Below the pieces are notes generated by a model. That model saw nothing but the letters and a program-made list of their open reading frames with translations. It had not been told where the DNA came from and did not search any database. Below, in pieces: positions 13,480 through 26,402 of a stretch of DNA of 64,000 nucleotides. Numbering within the stretch: the first letter of the stretch is position 1; each line of letters begins with the position of its first letter. The position numbers and the translations under genes are program-made. The DNA lies in contig NC_083409.1 of assembly GCF_020745735.1 (NCBI RefSeq), forward strand, positions 15,099,873 to 15,163,872. The letters run 5' to 3'. The DNA is from Hemiscyllium ocellatum (taxonomy: Eukaryota).

Positions 13480-13786
13480 GAAAACACAAATATTGAATTG
13501 TTGAAGTATTGCAGTGAATGAAATGGTTGATTGAGGAGCACTGTGTCTAACAGGGTGTCCAGCTGTATTTCTTTAGTTCCATTGGCCCCTTTAAGCAGCA
13601 AGACATAAGTCAGTAATTTTTACTCACCGTGTGGAGGAGCTCTGTCCATTTGCAGCCTGTGGTCCCATTCCTGCAGCATGGAGTGAAATCAGTGAGTAGC
13701 CTCCTGCCAGTCTCAGTGTGATGGACACGGGCAGATTTTAATGTGAGCTCTGGCTCCCTGTCCCAGTCTCTGATCTCACTGACCTC

Positions 13787-13810
13787 AGCAGCAGCAGCAG
13801 CAGCAGCAGC
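13787..13810. repeat. (CAG)n microsatellite
   Basis: About 8 CAG units. Confidence 0.9.
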
Positions 13811-13859
13811 ACAGTGAGACACTGAGCTCCCACCTCCCCCAGCTTTAACTCTGCTCAAT

Positions 13860-15300
13860 CACACAATCACAGAATTGTTACAGTGCACAAGGAGGCCATT
13901 CCGCCCATCCTTTCTGGACCAGCTCTCTGAATGAGCAGTTCACTGAGTGTCATTCTCCTGCCTTCTCCCTGTCACCCTGCACATTGTTCCTTTTCAAATA
14001 ATAGCCTCATTCCCATCGGAATGTTTAAATTGAAGCTGCCTCCACCACACTCTCAGGCAGTGCATTCCACACCTTAACCACCCACTGGCTGAACATGTTG
14101 TTCCCCATCTCACTTGTGTTACTTTTCCCAATTACCTTCAATCTGTGGTCTCTCGGTCTCAATCATTTGTCAATTGGGAACATTTTCTCCCTATTTACTG
14201 TATCCAGGCCCCTCGTGGTTTTAATTCCTTGAACAAATCTCGTCTCAGCCTTCTCCAAAGAAGTCAGCCCAAATTCTCCAAACTATCTTCATAACTGATG
14301 TTCCTCACCCCTGGAATGATCGTTGGGAATATATTTTGCCATTTCTACAAAACTTCACCTGCTCCTTGAATGATTCACATTATCTATGTCCCTCATGGTT
14401 TTATAAACCTCTGTATTGTCACTCCTCAGACTCTTACACTTCAGGTAAAAAAGTCTCATAGTCATGGAGTCATACATCGTGGAAATAGACCCTTCAATCC
14501 AACTTGCCTGTGCTAATCAGATATCTTAAACAGACCTCATCCCATTTGCCAGTATTTGGCTTACATTCCTCGAAACCTTTCCTATCCATGCACCCATCCA
14601 AATGTGTTTTAACTGCTGTAATTGTATCTGCCTCCAACACTTCCTCTGGCAGCTCGATCCAGACATACACCACCCTCTGTGTGGCAAGTAACCCCTCAGG
14701 TCCCTTTTGAAACTTTTCCTTCTCACCTTAAACCTATGCCGTCTTGTTTTGGACTCCCTTTCCCAAGGAAAAGACCTTGGATATACACCCTGTCCATGCC
14801 CCTCATGATTTTATGCACATCTATAAGGTCACCCCTTGGACTTGGATGCTGCAGGGAAAATAGGCCCAATTTCTTCAGCCTCTCCCATCAGCTCAAACCC
14901 TCCAGTTCCTGGTCACGTCCTTGTAATTCTTTTCCGCAGCTTTTTAAGTTTAGCACCATCCTTCCTTTCACAGGATGATCAGAATTGTTCACATTATTCC
15001 CAAAGCGGCCTCACCAATCTCCTATATAGCTGCAACATGATGTCCCAACTCCTATACTCAATGCAGTGACCAATAAAGAAAAGCGTACCCAACACCTTCT
15101 TCATCACTGTCTACATGCGACTCTACTGTCAAAGAATAACACACCTGCACCTTCACTTTCGGTCTCTTTGTTCAGCAACACTCCGTAGGGCCCTACCATT
15201 AACCGTATTGTCACATTTATCTGAACTAAAGTCCATCTGCCATTTCTCAGCCCACTGGCCCAGTTGGTCAAGGTCCCATTGTACTCTGAGACAGCCTTCT
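13860..15300 (-). mobile_element. Several CR1-like 3' fragments
   Basis: Antisense of CR1 3' motifs (FTQRVV..WN, LEYCVQFW) and 3' tails. Confidence 0.8.
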
Positions 15301-15469
15301 TCACTGTCCACGATGCCACCTGAAAATTCACCTGAACAGACTCTCTCAACTCTGGCCCCTCCCTGCCCATTACACTGTTATTACGCCAGTCTATATTCAG
15401 AAATTAATGAGCCCACCTCCCCATTGATAACGACCTTATCATATTTGCAGTTCTCTGTAAATTCCTTGC

Positions 15470-16620
15470 TTTGTATTCCTCTACATCCTTCCCACTGGGT
15501 GGTGACTTATTGATTGCACTGAGGATTCTGTGGTCCTTGGTATTCCTCTCTGATATTCGCCCCTGGCTCCCACAGCACTGTGAAGTTAGCTTAAACCCTC
15601 TACAACAGCACTAGTAGATCATCCCAAAGGAACTCAGTCCCAGGTCTGTTCAGGAGCAACCCCGTTTAGTCTGTGCAGGTCCCATCTCCCCCAGACCCAG
15701 TCCCAATGTCCCAAGAATCTAAAGCCCACCTTCCTGGAACCCTCTTTCCTGCAATTCAGTCACCTGTGTTATCCTCCTGTTCCTCTTCTCACTTGCATGG
15801 GGCACTGGGAATAATCCAGAGAATCCTACTTTTGAGTTCCTGTTGCTAATTCCCTCCTGAGTTCCCTAAATTCTGACTGCTGGACCATATCCCTTTTCTC
15901 CCTCTGTCAATGGGACTGATGTGGGCCACGACTGCTGCCTGTTCCCCATCTCCCCTCAGGGTGCTCTGTCACCACTCAGTGACACCCTTGACCCTGGCAC
16001 CAGGGAGACAACACACCACCCTGGATTCCCATCTGCAGCTGCAGAAACACCAATTGATAGCCCTCACTCTCGAATCTCCTCTCACTATCGCTCTTTCAGT
16101 CTTCCATGTGCCCCTCTGTACAGCCGAACCCTCCCCATGGTGCCAGGGACTTGGCTCTGGCTGCACTCCCCAGATGAACCATCATTCTCATCAGGATTCT
16201 GAACTGAATCCTGGTTGGACAGTGGGATGCACTCAGGGGATTCCTGTACTAGCTGCCTGGCCCTTTTGGACTGTCTACTGCGCCCCCATTCCCTCTCTCC
16301 CTGCATACTCTGAAGCTGCAGAGTGACCACATCTAGAAACGTGCTCTCCACGGAGCTCTCAGCCTCACACTGACACCAGCTGCTGCTCAAGCTCCAGAAC
16401 CCGGAGATCCAACTGCTGTCATTGACCACACTTCCTGTGCTCATGGTATTCCAGGAGCTGGGAAACATTTGGAAGTTCCCACATGGATGCACACTCTCTC
16501 CACTCTTTGGTTATCTCTTGGCAAAGTCCTGATAACAAACAGTTACAGCAGGGCTCACAGTCCAGCGGATTCAGTGTTCCAGGGTTTTGGGGAAACTCTC
16601 CAGAAGACTTTAAGAAACAG
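15470..16620 (-). mobile_element. CR1 5' region / ORF1 esterase remnant
   Basis: Minus ORF 15969-16166 RAIVRGDSRVRA...RVVCCLPGARVK (GDS esterase block). Confidence 0.8.
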
Positions 16621-19600
16621 GAGCAGAAATCAGCCATTCAGCCCATTGAATCTATTCTGAAATTTGACCTTGGCAGATATGCTTCTCACCCCATTTGCCT
16701 GCCTACTCCACAGGAACGTTTGATCCCCTTAATAATCACAAACCTATCTATCTCTGTCTTAAATACACTCAGTGACTTGGCCTCCACTGCCCTCTGTAAC
16801 AATGAGTTCCACAGATTCACCACCCTCTGGCTGAAGAAATCCCTCCTCATCTCAGCTCGAAAGGTTGGCCCTGCATTCTGAGGCTGTGCCTTGGTTACCG
16901 AGTCTCTCCTGTTTTTGGAAACATCTTCTCTGCATCCACTCTATCCAAGCCTATCAGTATTCTATAAATTTCAATAAGATCCTTCCTCATGCTCTAAACT
17001 CCATTCAGTACAGCCCCAGAGTCCTCAACTGCGCCTCATATGGCAAGCCATTCATCCCCAGGATCATTCTTGTAAACCCCTCCAATGCCAGCACATTGCT
17101 TCTTCGAATTTGGGTCCCAAATCTGCTCACAATATTCCAAATGCAGTCTGACTAGAGCCTTGCCCAGCCTCAGCACGACATCTCTGCTCTTGTATTCTGG
17201 CCCTACTGAAATGAATGCTATCATTTCATTTGCCTTCCCAAGCACAAACTGGACCTGCCTGTTCACCTGAAGAGGAACCTGAAAGATGTTTGTCCTTTAG
17301 ATTTCCAAAGGTTTTCCTCATTTAGCAAACAGTCTTTGTAATTCTTCTTCCTCCCAAAGTGCACACACTCACACTGTCACACATTGTATTCTATCTGCCA
17401 CTTCTTTGTCCGCTCTCCCAGCCTATCCAGGTCCTTTTTCAGTCTTCCCACTTCCTCAACACTACTTGTCCCTCCACCTATCTTATGTCGTCTGCAAATG
17501 TAGCAACAATGTCTTCACTTCCTTCATCCAGATTGTTCATGTATAACGTGAATAGTTATTGTCCCAACATTGACACATGCAGAATTCTACTAGTCACCAG
17601 CGGCCATTTTTCCTCATTCTCTGCTTTACATGCCAGTACATTGCCCCTAACACTATGGGCTCTTAATTTATGTCAAAAGCCTTCTGGAAATCCAATAGGT
17701 TACATCCTCAGACTCTCCTTTGTCTGACTGGCTCATTGTCTCCTCAAAGAATTCTCACAGATTTGCCAGGCAGTACCTCCCCTTGATGAAGCCGTGTTGA
17801 CTCAGCCCTATTTTCCCACTGCACGTTGAAGTCCTGTGTAATTTCATCCTTAAATTGAAGTCTAAAACCTTACCAACAACAGTCCAGGCTAACTGGCCTA
17901 TAATTTCTCATCTTCCAACTCCCTCCCTTCTTAAACAGGGCTGTTATGGGAACCATTTTCTATTTCCTTGTTCCCACCAAATTCCACCCCACCCCACGGT
18001 CTCACCCCGACTCCATTGATTCCTGAAAGATCATCACCAATGCCTCCACAATCTCCTCAGTGATCTCCTTCAGAACACACTGATGAAGTTTACCCAGTCT
18101 GGGTGAGTTATCCACATTCAGACCTTCCAGCTTCCCCTGTACCTCCTTAATGATGGCCACTACACGCCCCCCTGCCCCCTGACAGTCTTGAAGTACTGGT
18201 ACACTGCTGATGTTTTCCATGGTGCAGACAGATGCAAAGTATCGATTCAATTCCTTTGCTATTTCTATTATTCTTTCTCAAACCTCATTTCCCAGTGATC
18301 CAATGTCTATTTTTGCCTCCTTCTTCCTTTTTATATATCTGAAAAAACTCTGACAATCTTCTTATGTATTACTGGTGCGCTTACCCCCACATTTCACCTT
18401 TCCAATCCTTAATGCTTTTATCGTTGTCCTCTACAGGTTTTTCAAGACTTCCTAACCTTCTGGCTTCCCACTATTCTCCACCATATTGTATGCCATTTCT
18501 TTTGCTTTTATTCTGTCCTTGACCTCCGTCATCAGCCATGGTTGCCTTGTTCTCCCCTTAGTATGTTGCTTCTTTTTTGGGATGAGTTCCTGTTCTGCTT
18601 CCTGAATTACCCCCAGAAACCCTGCTGTTTGCTGCTCTACCATCTTACCTGCTCGGCTCCCCTTCCAACCAGCTCTGGCCAGCTCCTTCCTCATGTCTTT
18701 GGAGTTACCTTTACTCAATTGAAACACTGTTCCATCTGATTGCAGCTTCTCCCTCTCAAACTATAGGGGGAATTCTATCATATTATGGTCATTTATCCAC
18801 AGGGATACTTTCATCTTAAACTCACTAGTCAAGTTTGCCTCATTACCCATCACTGAATCCAGACCTGCCTGTTCCATTATGGCTCAACCACAAGCTGCTC
18901 CAAAAACCATCTCATAGACATTCCATGAAATCCTTTCCTTGAGACGCACTACCCAGACCACCTATTCATTGAAGTCTGCCCTGACATTTTGTATACGGCT
19001 TTTCTGTTTCCTGATTGATTTCCTTCCCCACACCCTGATTACTGCTTGGAGACCTGGACATACCTTGCATCAAATTCTTTATTTCTTGCGGTTCCTCAAC
19101 TCTCCCCACACAGATTCTACACCTTCTGACTCTCTATCACTTCTTGCTATTGATTGAATTTTATTTCACACTAACAAGGCAACTCTTGCCCCTCTGCCTG
19201 TCCTTTTGATAGGACATGTACCCTTGGATATTTAGTTCCCAGCCCGGATCCCCTTACAACCATGTCTCTGTGAAACCCACAACATTGTACCTGCCAGATT
19301 CAATGTTCCCATCATTGTCCCCTTATCTGCTGTGCTTTACTTTTGACTCCTGATCCTTTTCACACTCTCTGTCCTTTTACATATTCTAGAAACTTAAATA
19401 ATCTCCCCTGAGCACTCCTACACTTTAACTAGTTTAAATTCCTTGGACACTCAACTTACCTGGATTTGTGGCATCACTTTGTCTCCCTTACTCGGAATAC
19501 TTCGTGCATTGAGTTACAAACTCTTTAAGTTTGTTATATTATTGATTTTCCTGGCACTTCTTTGGTTCCCTTGATTTTAAAATTTCTGTCCCTACCTTTT

Positions 19601-19700
19601 ATTTTCTGGTAACAATCAATCCCATCACTGACCAGCAATCGTACCTTCTTCTTCACCTTCCGTTTTCTCATTTTCCATCCAACTGAACCAAATTACTTTG
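16620..19700 (-). mobile_element. Degraded CR1 ORF2 (EN-RT) with nested fragments
   Basis: Minus-strand LNRYFASV, NSPRLGKLHQCVLKE and LVRLHLEYCEQIW motifs. Confidence 0.8.
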
Positions 19701-19716
19701 TCTTTGGGTTACCTTC

Positions 19717-20200
19717 AGGCATGGTGGCTCAGTGGTTAGCACTGCTACCTCACAGCATCAAGGACCTGGGATCAATTCCCGTCCTTGGGAAGCTGTCTGT
19801 GTGGTGTTTGCACATTCTCCCTGTGTCTGTGTGGGTTTCCCCCAGGTGCTCTGGTTTACTCCCACTGTCCAAAGATGTGCAGGTCAGGTGAATTGGCTGT
19901 TATAAATTGCCGCTGAAAATGTGTTGCTGGAAAAGCGCAGCAGTTCAGGCAGCCTTCTTCCGAAACGTCGATTCTCCTGTTCCTTGGATGCTGCCTGACC
20001 TGCTGCGTTTTTCCAGCAACACATATTCAGCTCTGATCTCCAGCATCTGCAATCCTCACTTTCTCCTATTCTAAATTGCCTATGGTGTTAGGTGAAATAG
20101 TCAGGAGTAAATATAGGGAATGTTTCTGGGTGGGCTGCTGTTCGGAGGGTTGATGTGGACTTGTCAGGCTGAACTGTCTGTTTCCAGACTGGAGGGAATC
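19717..20200 (+). mobile_element. tRNA-derived V-SINE (HE1-like), interrupted by a Penelope pLTR
   Basis: A-box ggtggctcagtggttagc, B-box-like ggatcaattcc and V-domain gtttgcacattctccc..gtgggtttcc..ggtgctctggtt. Confidence 0.85.
19910..20070. mobile_element. Short inverted Penelope-type pLTR insertion
   Basis: Inverted arms aaatgtgttgctggaaaagcgcagca / tgctgcgtttttccagcaacacat; flanked by a taaattgcc duplication. Confidence 0.75.
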
Positions 20201-20204
20201 TAAT

Positions 20205-20306
20205 CAGGGCAATATTTATCATTAATCCAACATCATTATTGCTCTTTGATCTCAGTGCTTCTACTTGGATCTTGCTGTAGAAACTGGCTGCCACGTTCCT
20301 GACATT
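20205..20306 (+). mobile_element. DeuSINE remnant split by the LTR element (continues at ~29542-29620)
   Basis: ggcaatatttatc...ggatcttgctgtagaaactggctgccacgttcctgacatt joins gaaacagtg...aaatgtctttggaacaccctga across the insertion, as in the DeuSINE/SacSINE-type tail; family assignment from recall. Confidence 0.6.
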
Positions 20307-21095
20307 TGTTGAGACGGAAACCGAATGGTCTCGTCTCTACGTGTTCGTTGGAAGGAGAGATCAAACCGGCTAGGGTTTGGAGCAAAAACACCGTTTATTA
20401 CAGAATCAAAACTGGCAAACTATACAACGAATTCAAAAGCATGCAAATTCGTTGGAGAAGGCGTTCTGACTCTCCCTTCGGATCTGGTGCAGTTATACTT
20501 CGCGCTTCCTCGAGTTCCCGGTCAGGTTCCCCTTGTTCGGCTCTTTCATTGGTCGGTTCACCTGTCTGTGAAGGGATTAGTGTCTCTATTGGCTGCCCCG
20601 GGATACCTGTCCCACTCCTGCTGTGCCGAACAATGGGTAGACATCCTAGGTTCGGCAGTTTCCGATCTTGTAAATTAAAAGTTTATTGTTGGAAGGGTTT
20701 CCTCATTGCTATGCGCCTGGCTGTCTGGGCGTTCACAATAGTTCTCCATAGTTGAATATACAGATATTATCATTTAACATAGGACCCGAATGAGTTTGAC
20801 GTCAGCGGAGGCATTAGCAAGTACTTTATCAATCAAGTGTAGTATCAGTGCGATTTACACTATCCGATAGTTACCGGTTTCCTTTATTAACAATGAAAGT
20901 GTAACAGGATGATCTGAAACTGACAGACATGTTCTAATCCCCCAGGAATGTGGCCCCAGGCAGACAGTCCTGCAGTGGCTGGGTTTACTTTACATGGCTG
21001 TGTTTTAGCTGGTATCTGACAGTGTCTGCTTTAATAATGGTGCTCCCCTCCCTAGCCCCAATGTAGGTACCCCGATAGCAGATTCTCCCCAACAT
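20307..21095 (-). repeat. 3' LTR (789 bp)
   Basis: Direct repeat of 28754-29541; about 6 substitutions + 1 indel counted by eye; AATAAA (minus) at 20394-20399. Confidence 0.97.
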
Positions 21096-21106
21096 TCCCT
21101 CCCTTG
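21096..21106 (-). other. Polypurine tract
   Basis: Minus strand reads AAGGGAGGGAA immediately before TGTTG of the 3' LTR. Confidence 0.85.
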
Positions 21107-24100
21107 GCCTCGAAAGAGGCCACACCCCCTTATCCCGTAAGGAACGCAACCCCACGAGGCGACCGGTGTCCGGTGTTGTATCGACCAGACTCACCGGTTC
21201 TAAGGAGACAGTCATATGGGGATGAAGGGTGCCCTGAAAAACGCGCCGCTACACAATTAAGCAATAGATGGTCACAGCTGCATGCTAAGTTAAACTAATA
21301 GTTGAAGTAATTGAGGCAGTGTCTGCAGAAATAACGAAAAGCACAGGATTAGACATACATTGCAATAAGTCATTCAGAGCTGGCGAAATGTACGCGAGTG
21401 CGTTAGAATGAGTAAGCCATTTAGTAAACGCAAGTCTGTAGTCCAAAGAGCCGGCAAATGTAAATAGGCGTTGTAAGTTTGGAAAGGGAGTAGGAACAGC
21501 CTGGTACCAGCAGTTTAGGTACCCGCTAGAGATGTGAACCCCAGTGTGAAACTGTACTGTGCCCCGGTGGTCCCGTAGATCAGTATGGTCCAGAGAGCAG
21601 CAGTGCTGTCCAACCGTCCGACACGGATGCAAGCAGGCAGAAATCTCATCAAATGGAGATGAACGGAGGCCACCCGTTCCGATGTCAATGCGCGACTGTG
21701 CCTGTCTTAGGTTGTCCCTCGCCCGAGGGATCTTACCCGTCATTGGCTAACCAGTCGTGCTGCATTGAGTAATCGACGCCGACATCCATTTCACCACCCC
21801 AAGGACAGGCGTGGGCAGCTCAGTAGCATGGTCAGTGGCCTCCGAGGGTGGCTGAGGCCAGTCAGGAATATTAGACAGTCCGCAAGGGCCGCTTGCGAGA
21901 ACAGCAGTGTTTCAATTGCCAAGGCACACAGTACATTTCACCCACCCGCTGTTATGGAAGGATCAATTCACATATCCCCAATTTAAACGGGCAAAATAAA
22001 TAAGTGGGGGCTCTTTGGACAACCAGGCTGCATTTAGCGTACATGAAGATGAAAAGTTAGTCATGAGTACAACAGGATCAGACGAATTCGAAAGAAAGTC
22101 ATTGAGGGAGCTGACACGCACCGGTGAGATAGAATTTACTACGCCCAACCCGCGAGCTCATGGAACGGCGGTAATATACCAGTGGGGAGAAGAATTGGGA
22201 GGTGCCCACTCGCCAGCCCTTATCGCAACCAGCCGTAAGCAAGAAACCCGGTATCATGGCTCACGAGCGGACGTCGCATTACAGCATGATTTGGATGTGT
22301 CCCTGTCCGTTTGTAGGAGGTCACACACAGGCTGCCGTGTTGTCGGAGTTGGTGGCAGCGGCGTCTCCTGGTGGAGCTCAACGGATGGGGGTCCGGTTGA
22401 AAAGTAATGATACCTCATCACCTTTAAATCAGTGAGATGGGGCTGTGGGAATGCAGTAAAAAGGAGTCCCCGCATCACCAGGGTGATATATGGCGGGGTC
22501 AGTCAGGAACCATGTGACTACTATGGGAAATAAAGTGTTGCGTTGTAAGGGGTCTTTGGGGTGGCATGTCTGGGAGACCGGAATGGACGGGAGGCAGTCC
22601 CCAAAGTCTCCAGTCAGTACTCCTGAACATAAGGTCTGTGCTCATGTGGACTGTCAAATGCAACCAGGAAGAGTGTACTCAACCATTTGTGTAAGAGGAA
22701 TGGGGGCAGATATAAAGACCATGGTGAAAATAATGACGGTAGTGTGAAAGCCTTAACTATTCTTATGAGTCGCGGACCTGTATGTGGCAGTATTCCACAA
22801 AAAGGAGTCACATCAAAATAGAGAGAACTCTGTGTGAGGTAGAAGGAGTGGTTTCATGTAAGGGAAAGGGTACAACTTTACACAAAGGTAGTCAGAGGGA
22901 TTCGTGATCTCAAATCAGAGAAAAAGGCTCCCTAGCACGGGCTGCCACAAAAAGGCAGTCGAGGCAGGGGTAGCCAGATTATACTGTAGGTGTTTTAATG
23001 TTCGTCGAATTACAAAGAGGCAGAGGAAAAATGTAAAAAACGTAATCATGACACTGGTCCAGTGTCGGTGAGGTAATTGCGGGGAGCAGTCACGCAAACG
23101 GTGTCAAGTCGCAATATTCTGACAAAGTTACAATCAAGTGTGCGCATAGTGTGGAAGACAATTAGTAGGATAATCCGTGTCCATTTGAGCAGCAGCACTA
23201 CACGGGGTAGATGAAAGTCGGGACACTGATATAAATGCAAGATAGTACGAGTGACAGTTCTGACTCGGTGGGAATGTGTGCTAGCAGCTGCAGGAGCACA
23301 GGCGCCTGTATGTTTTAAAACGCAATGTTTGAAGTGTAAAAACATTCGTCCAGGAGTTGTGTCGAAAAAATAGAGTAAGTCCCTCGAGAGGGAAGTGGGA
23401 TTGGTAATAGTGAGAAGGGAACTACAATAGACTGCATAGGGGAAGGCCTACGGTACGCCTTGATACTGTGCGGTAAGGGGCGCAAGCAATCTCGATTTGC
23501 ACCCCGGGGAACTGCCCGTGCTCGGGGCGCCCAACCAACGGGGTTGTCGTAGGACAATCGTTTGATGAGTCACCCATGGAGACCGTTTAGGATAAGGGTC
23601 ATTAATGTGGAAATGATGAGGATCCCTATCAACTCTGTGGCAACAGGACAATAGAGCAGGTAAATTTCCACCATGTGTTTAGGGAAGACACAGCGCAGGA
23701 GATCCCCCTAACCTCTCAGGGCGTGCAGCGTAAGCCTCAAGGCGGCCGGGACCCCGTCTAGCAGGCAGGGCGGGGATTTTCGCCCCCGGACACTTGGGTA
23801 TGATATTGGAGCGAACGGCGACTGTGAGGCAGACAGTATTGGTAACATCGAGAAAGGCGCCTATACAATGGAGAAAGACCAATGTAGATAAAAAGGGGTT
23901 GAGTCACCAGCTAAAGGGCACAAACTTATCCTGGCGGCTATTTGCCCGCTCGAAGCGGAGTCTATGATAAACCAGGTGGACCTCCCAAGAGAAGGCCCAA
24001 TGAAGAGTTTAGACAGCAGAATAAAGTACAGAAGAGCAAAGATATCAGTGAAACAGAGCCATGTCGGTGTAGAAGGGCAGCAACCCAAACTCTACGTAGA

Positions 24101-24995
24101 AACCGTGCCAAGGTGGGGTTGCATGATCCCCTCTCTTTCTGCACCTCCCCGTCAGGTCCTGTCTCATCGAGTGACTTTAGGGATATATTAGGTTGCGCTG
24201 ACCTGGAGCAATGAGAGAAGTGGTGCATGCGGTGGCCTATGTGTTTCCAGCCAGCTCAGTATAAGATATGATGATGATGATTATGGAGAGGGGGACAATG
24301 TAAAACTCTGGGCAATTAGGAGATTTGTGGTGTGACGAAATTGGACTGTTTGCCTGAGGGGACTTGTCCCCCCAAACGAGATACAAAACGAGAGGTGCAA
24401 GTATAATCCTTGTGTATGCAAGAATCTGTGTGTGTGTAGGGCCGTGTGGCATAGACAAAAGAGAATGCGCAGGTGCTGCGGGCATATCGGACTTCATCCC
24501 TGTGTAAAGGAGAGGGAGAGGGAGAGTATCATAAAAGGATGGTCAGACAGGTCAGGACAGAAATTGTCTGTGTAGCACTTTCCTCCGTTTGACACTTGAG
24601 GATTTGATCAGTTTGAGGGAAGTAACAGCCTTTAAAAGATACCCCGGGAAAAGAATCATAAAGGAACCTGGTGACCCTGCTGTTCTCAGCGCGAACCAGC
24701 GCCTTGCAAAAGATACGAACAGATGAGTTGGAGAGGACTACTCGGAGTTGAAGAGACTGAAGGATTTGGGCAGGAGCTGAGTATTGATCCCTGTGGGAGG
24801 CGATTGTATGTATAATGCCTTCAAGCAAAAGGCGACAGCAAAGTGCTGCCGATACTGTAGGTGCGGTGGAGGATAAAAGAGAGCGTTGGCCAGGAGTGTA
24901 ACAGAGAAAAATGAAAGGCAGGCGTGAGCGCCCACAGTGCAACAGAGAGGTCAGGAACCTTTAAGTTTGCAGTGGCGGTGGCACCATTTATTATT

Positions 24996-25275
24996 TGGAG
25001 ATGACGTGAGGAATCCTGGTAGCAAACCTCAGGGAGCATGAGAGTGGGGAAAATCCTGGTAGCAAACCTCAGGGAGCGTGAGATTGGGGAAAGAAGCCAT
25101 TTAGTCTTTGGAGACGACGTGACGAACCCTGGTAGGAAACCTCAGGGAGCATAAGACTTTGGAAAGAAGATGGGGTGCAGAGCACGGCAGTGGAAGCATA
25201 GTGAGTGAAATGCCCTAATGGAGAGATGAGGCCAGAAGATGAGTTACTGTGTCCTGGTAGAAAACCTCAGGGAGC
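24996..25275. repeat. Four dispersed copies of CCTGGTAGNAAACCTCAGGGAGC
   Basis: Copies at 25015-25037, 25055-25077, 25128-25150 and 25253-25275; two are preceded by tttggaga(t/c)gacgtga. Confidence 0.9.
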
Positions 25276-26402
25276 GTAAAACCTTAAAAAGAGATGGAGC
25301 GTAGGGATCAGCGGATCCTCAATTCAATGAGAACCAGGTGAATTCAATGCAGGCTGAGTGAAGGACAAAGCTGAGATGACCTCAGATCCGGCGGTGACCA
25401 TAAAGTGTGTAGGTTTGGGAGGAGACGATGAAGGGACGTGACCATGGCGTGGGGAATGGAGAGCGGGGTGTAGGATAGGGCAGTACAATCGGCAAGAGGA
25501 GTCTGTACGAGATTTCAATGGGAAGGTTTGGTACTGACTGGCAGTTACAGGTTGCATGTTCAAAGCATTGGAGAGTGTAGCCTCAGACAGGTAGACTGGC
25601 TGGCATCTTCAACCCGTATGGTTGCCAATACCCGCTTCAGGGACTGGAAATGGCCGTGTCTGTGGCAGCAGTAGCTCAACCCTCCCTAGCCGCAAAGTTG
25701 AGGAGGGGGGACAAGTAGCAGGAGGAAATTGCTTTAAAATGAGCGTCCATAATGCTTTAGCGAATGAAAAAATCTGTGGACTTGGGAGAAAAGATAAAAA
25801 TGGGTTCGTGAGAGGGGGCAGAAAAATGTGGAGGGCATAGACGGAAGAAGGAGTAGGTGGGCCCCCCCTCGTTCTTGGCACTTTGTGAACACGAGGGGGA
25901 AAAGGGATGGCCTAAACACCCATGCCGGTGGACAAAAAGATGAGTGAGCGGCCGCGAGGAAGAGAGATGGGCCAAACACCCTGCTGTGTGCTGAGTAGCA
26001 CGTCCTAGTTGGAGGCCTGAGGCCTATGACCAGCGGGGGAAAAAGAGAGAGACAAAATAAGTGGGCTGGGGGATATTCGGGCAGTGGGACGGCCAACCAC
26101 TGGACATACAAAACGTTGTAAATGAAAACGCACAATATGGCGATACGGCAATGCGCATGTTGTTGGTCGGGACATTAGAGTTAGAAAGGTACAACCTGTC
26201 AGAGAAGATGTGGTTAGAGGCATGATTCATATCGACATCCCAGTAACTGAAGAGGACCTGTTCATCGAGCAATCCCCTGGAGTAGGGCAATGACGCTTGA
26301 GAGACCCATCGCGGTAGTGGTGGCGCGGTAGTTGGGCTAATAGGGTGGCGGAACGTCCGCAGGCGAGCAGCCCCTTCTAGACTGTGCAATCCTGCCAAGA
26401 GT

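Noticed and set aside
13507-13580. CACTGTG at 13539-13545 as a J-type RSS
   Set aside because: No nonamer at 12- or 23-nt spacing and no FGXG or splice donor afterwards.
13621-13860. Antisense 52-nt ATG-to-GTGAGTA mini-exon next to the CAG tract, and CACAGTG at 13810
   Set aside because: Peptide MLQEWDHRLQMDRAPPH is not a signal peptide, no partner exon is identifiable, and the heptamer lacks a nonamer.
21285-21540. Resemblance of the 152-aa ORF to a nucleoside kinase or papain-like protease
   Set aside because: Only a few scattered residues match; no P-loop or catalytic set is visible.
21900-23100. Minus frame 1 of the LTR element read as a gene with TGA recoded to Trp
   Set aside because: About 15 stops in ~340 codons, including TAA, is near the random rate.
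23046-24090. Two overlapping low-stop minus frames in the element interior
   Set aside because: Both frames being open points to A-poor composition rather than coding; no recognisable motif.
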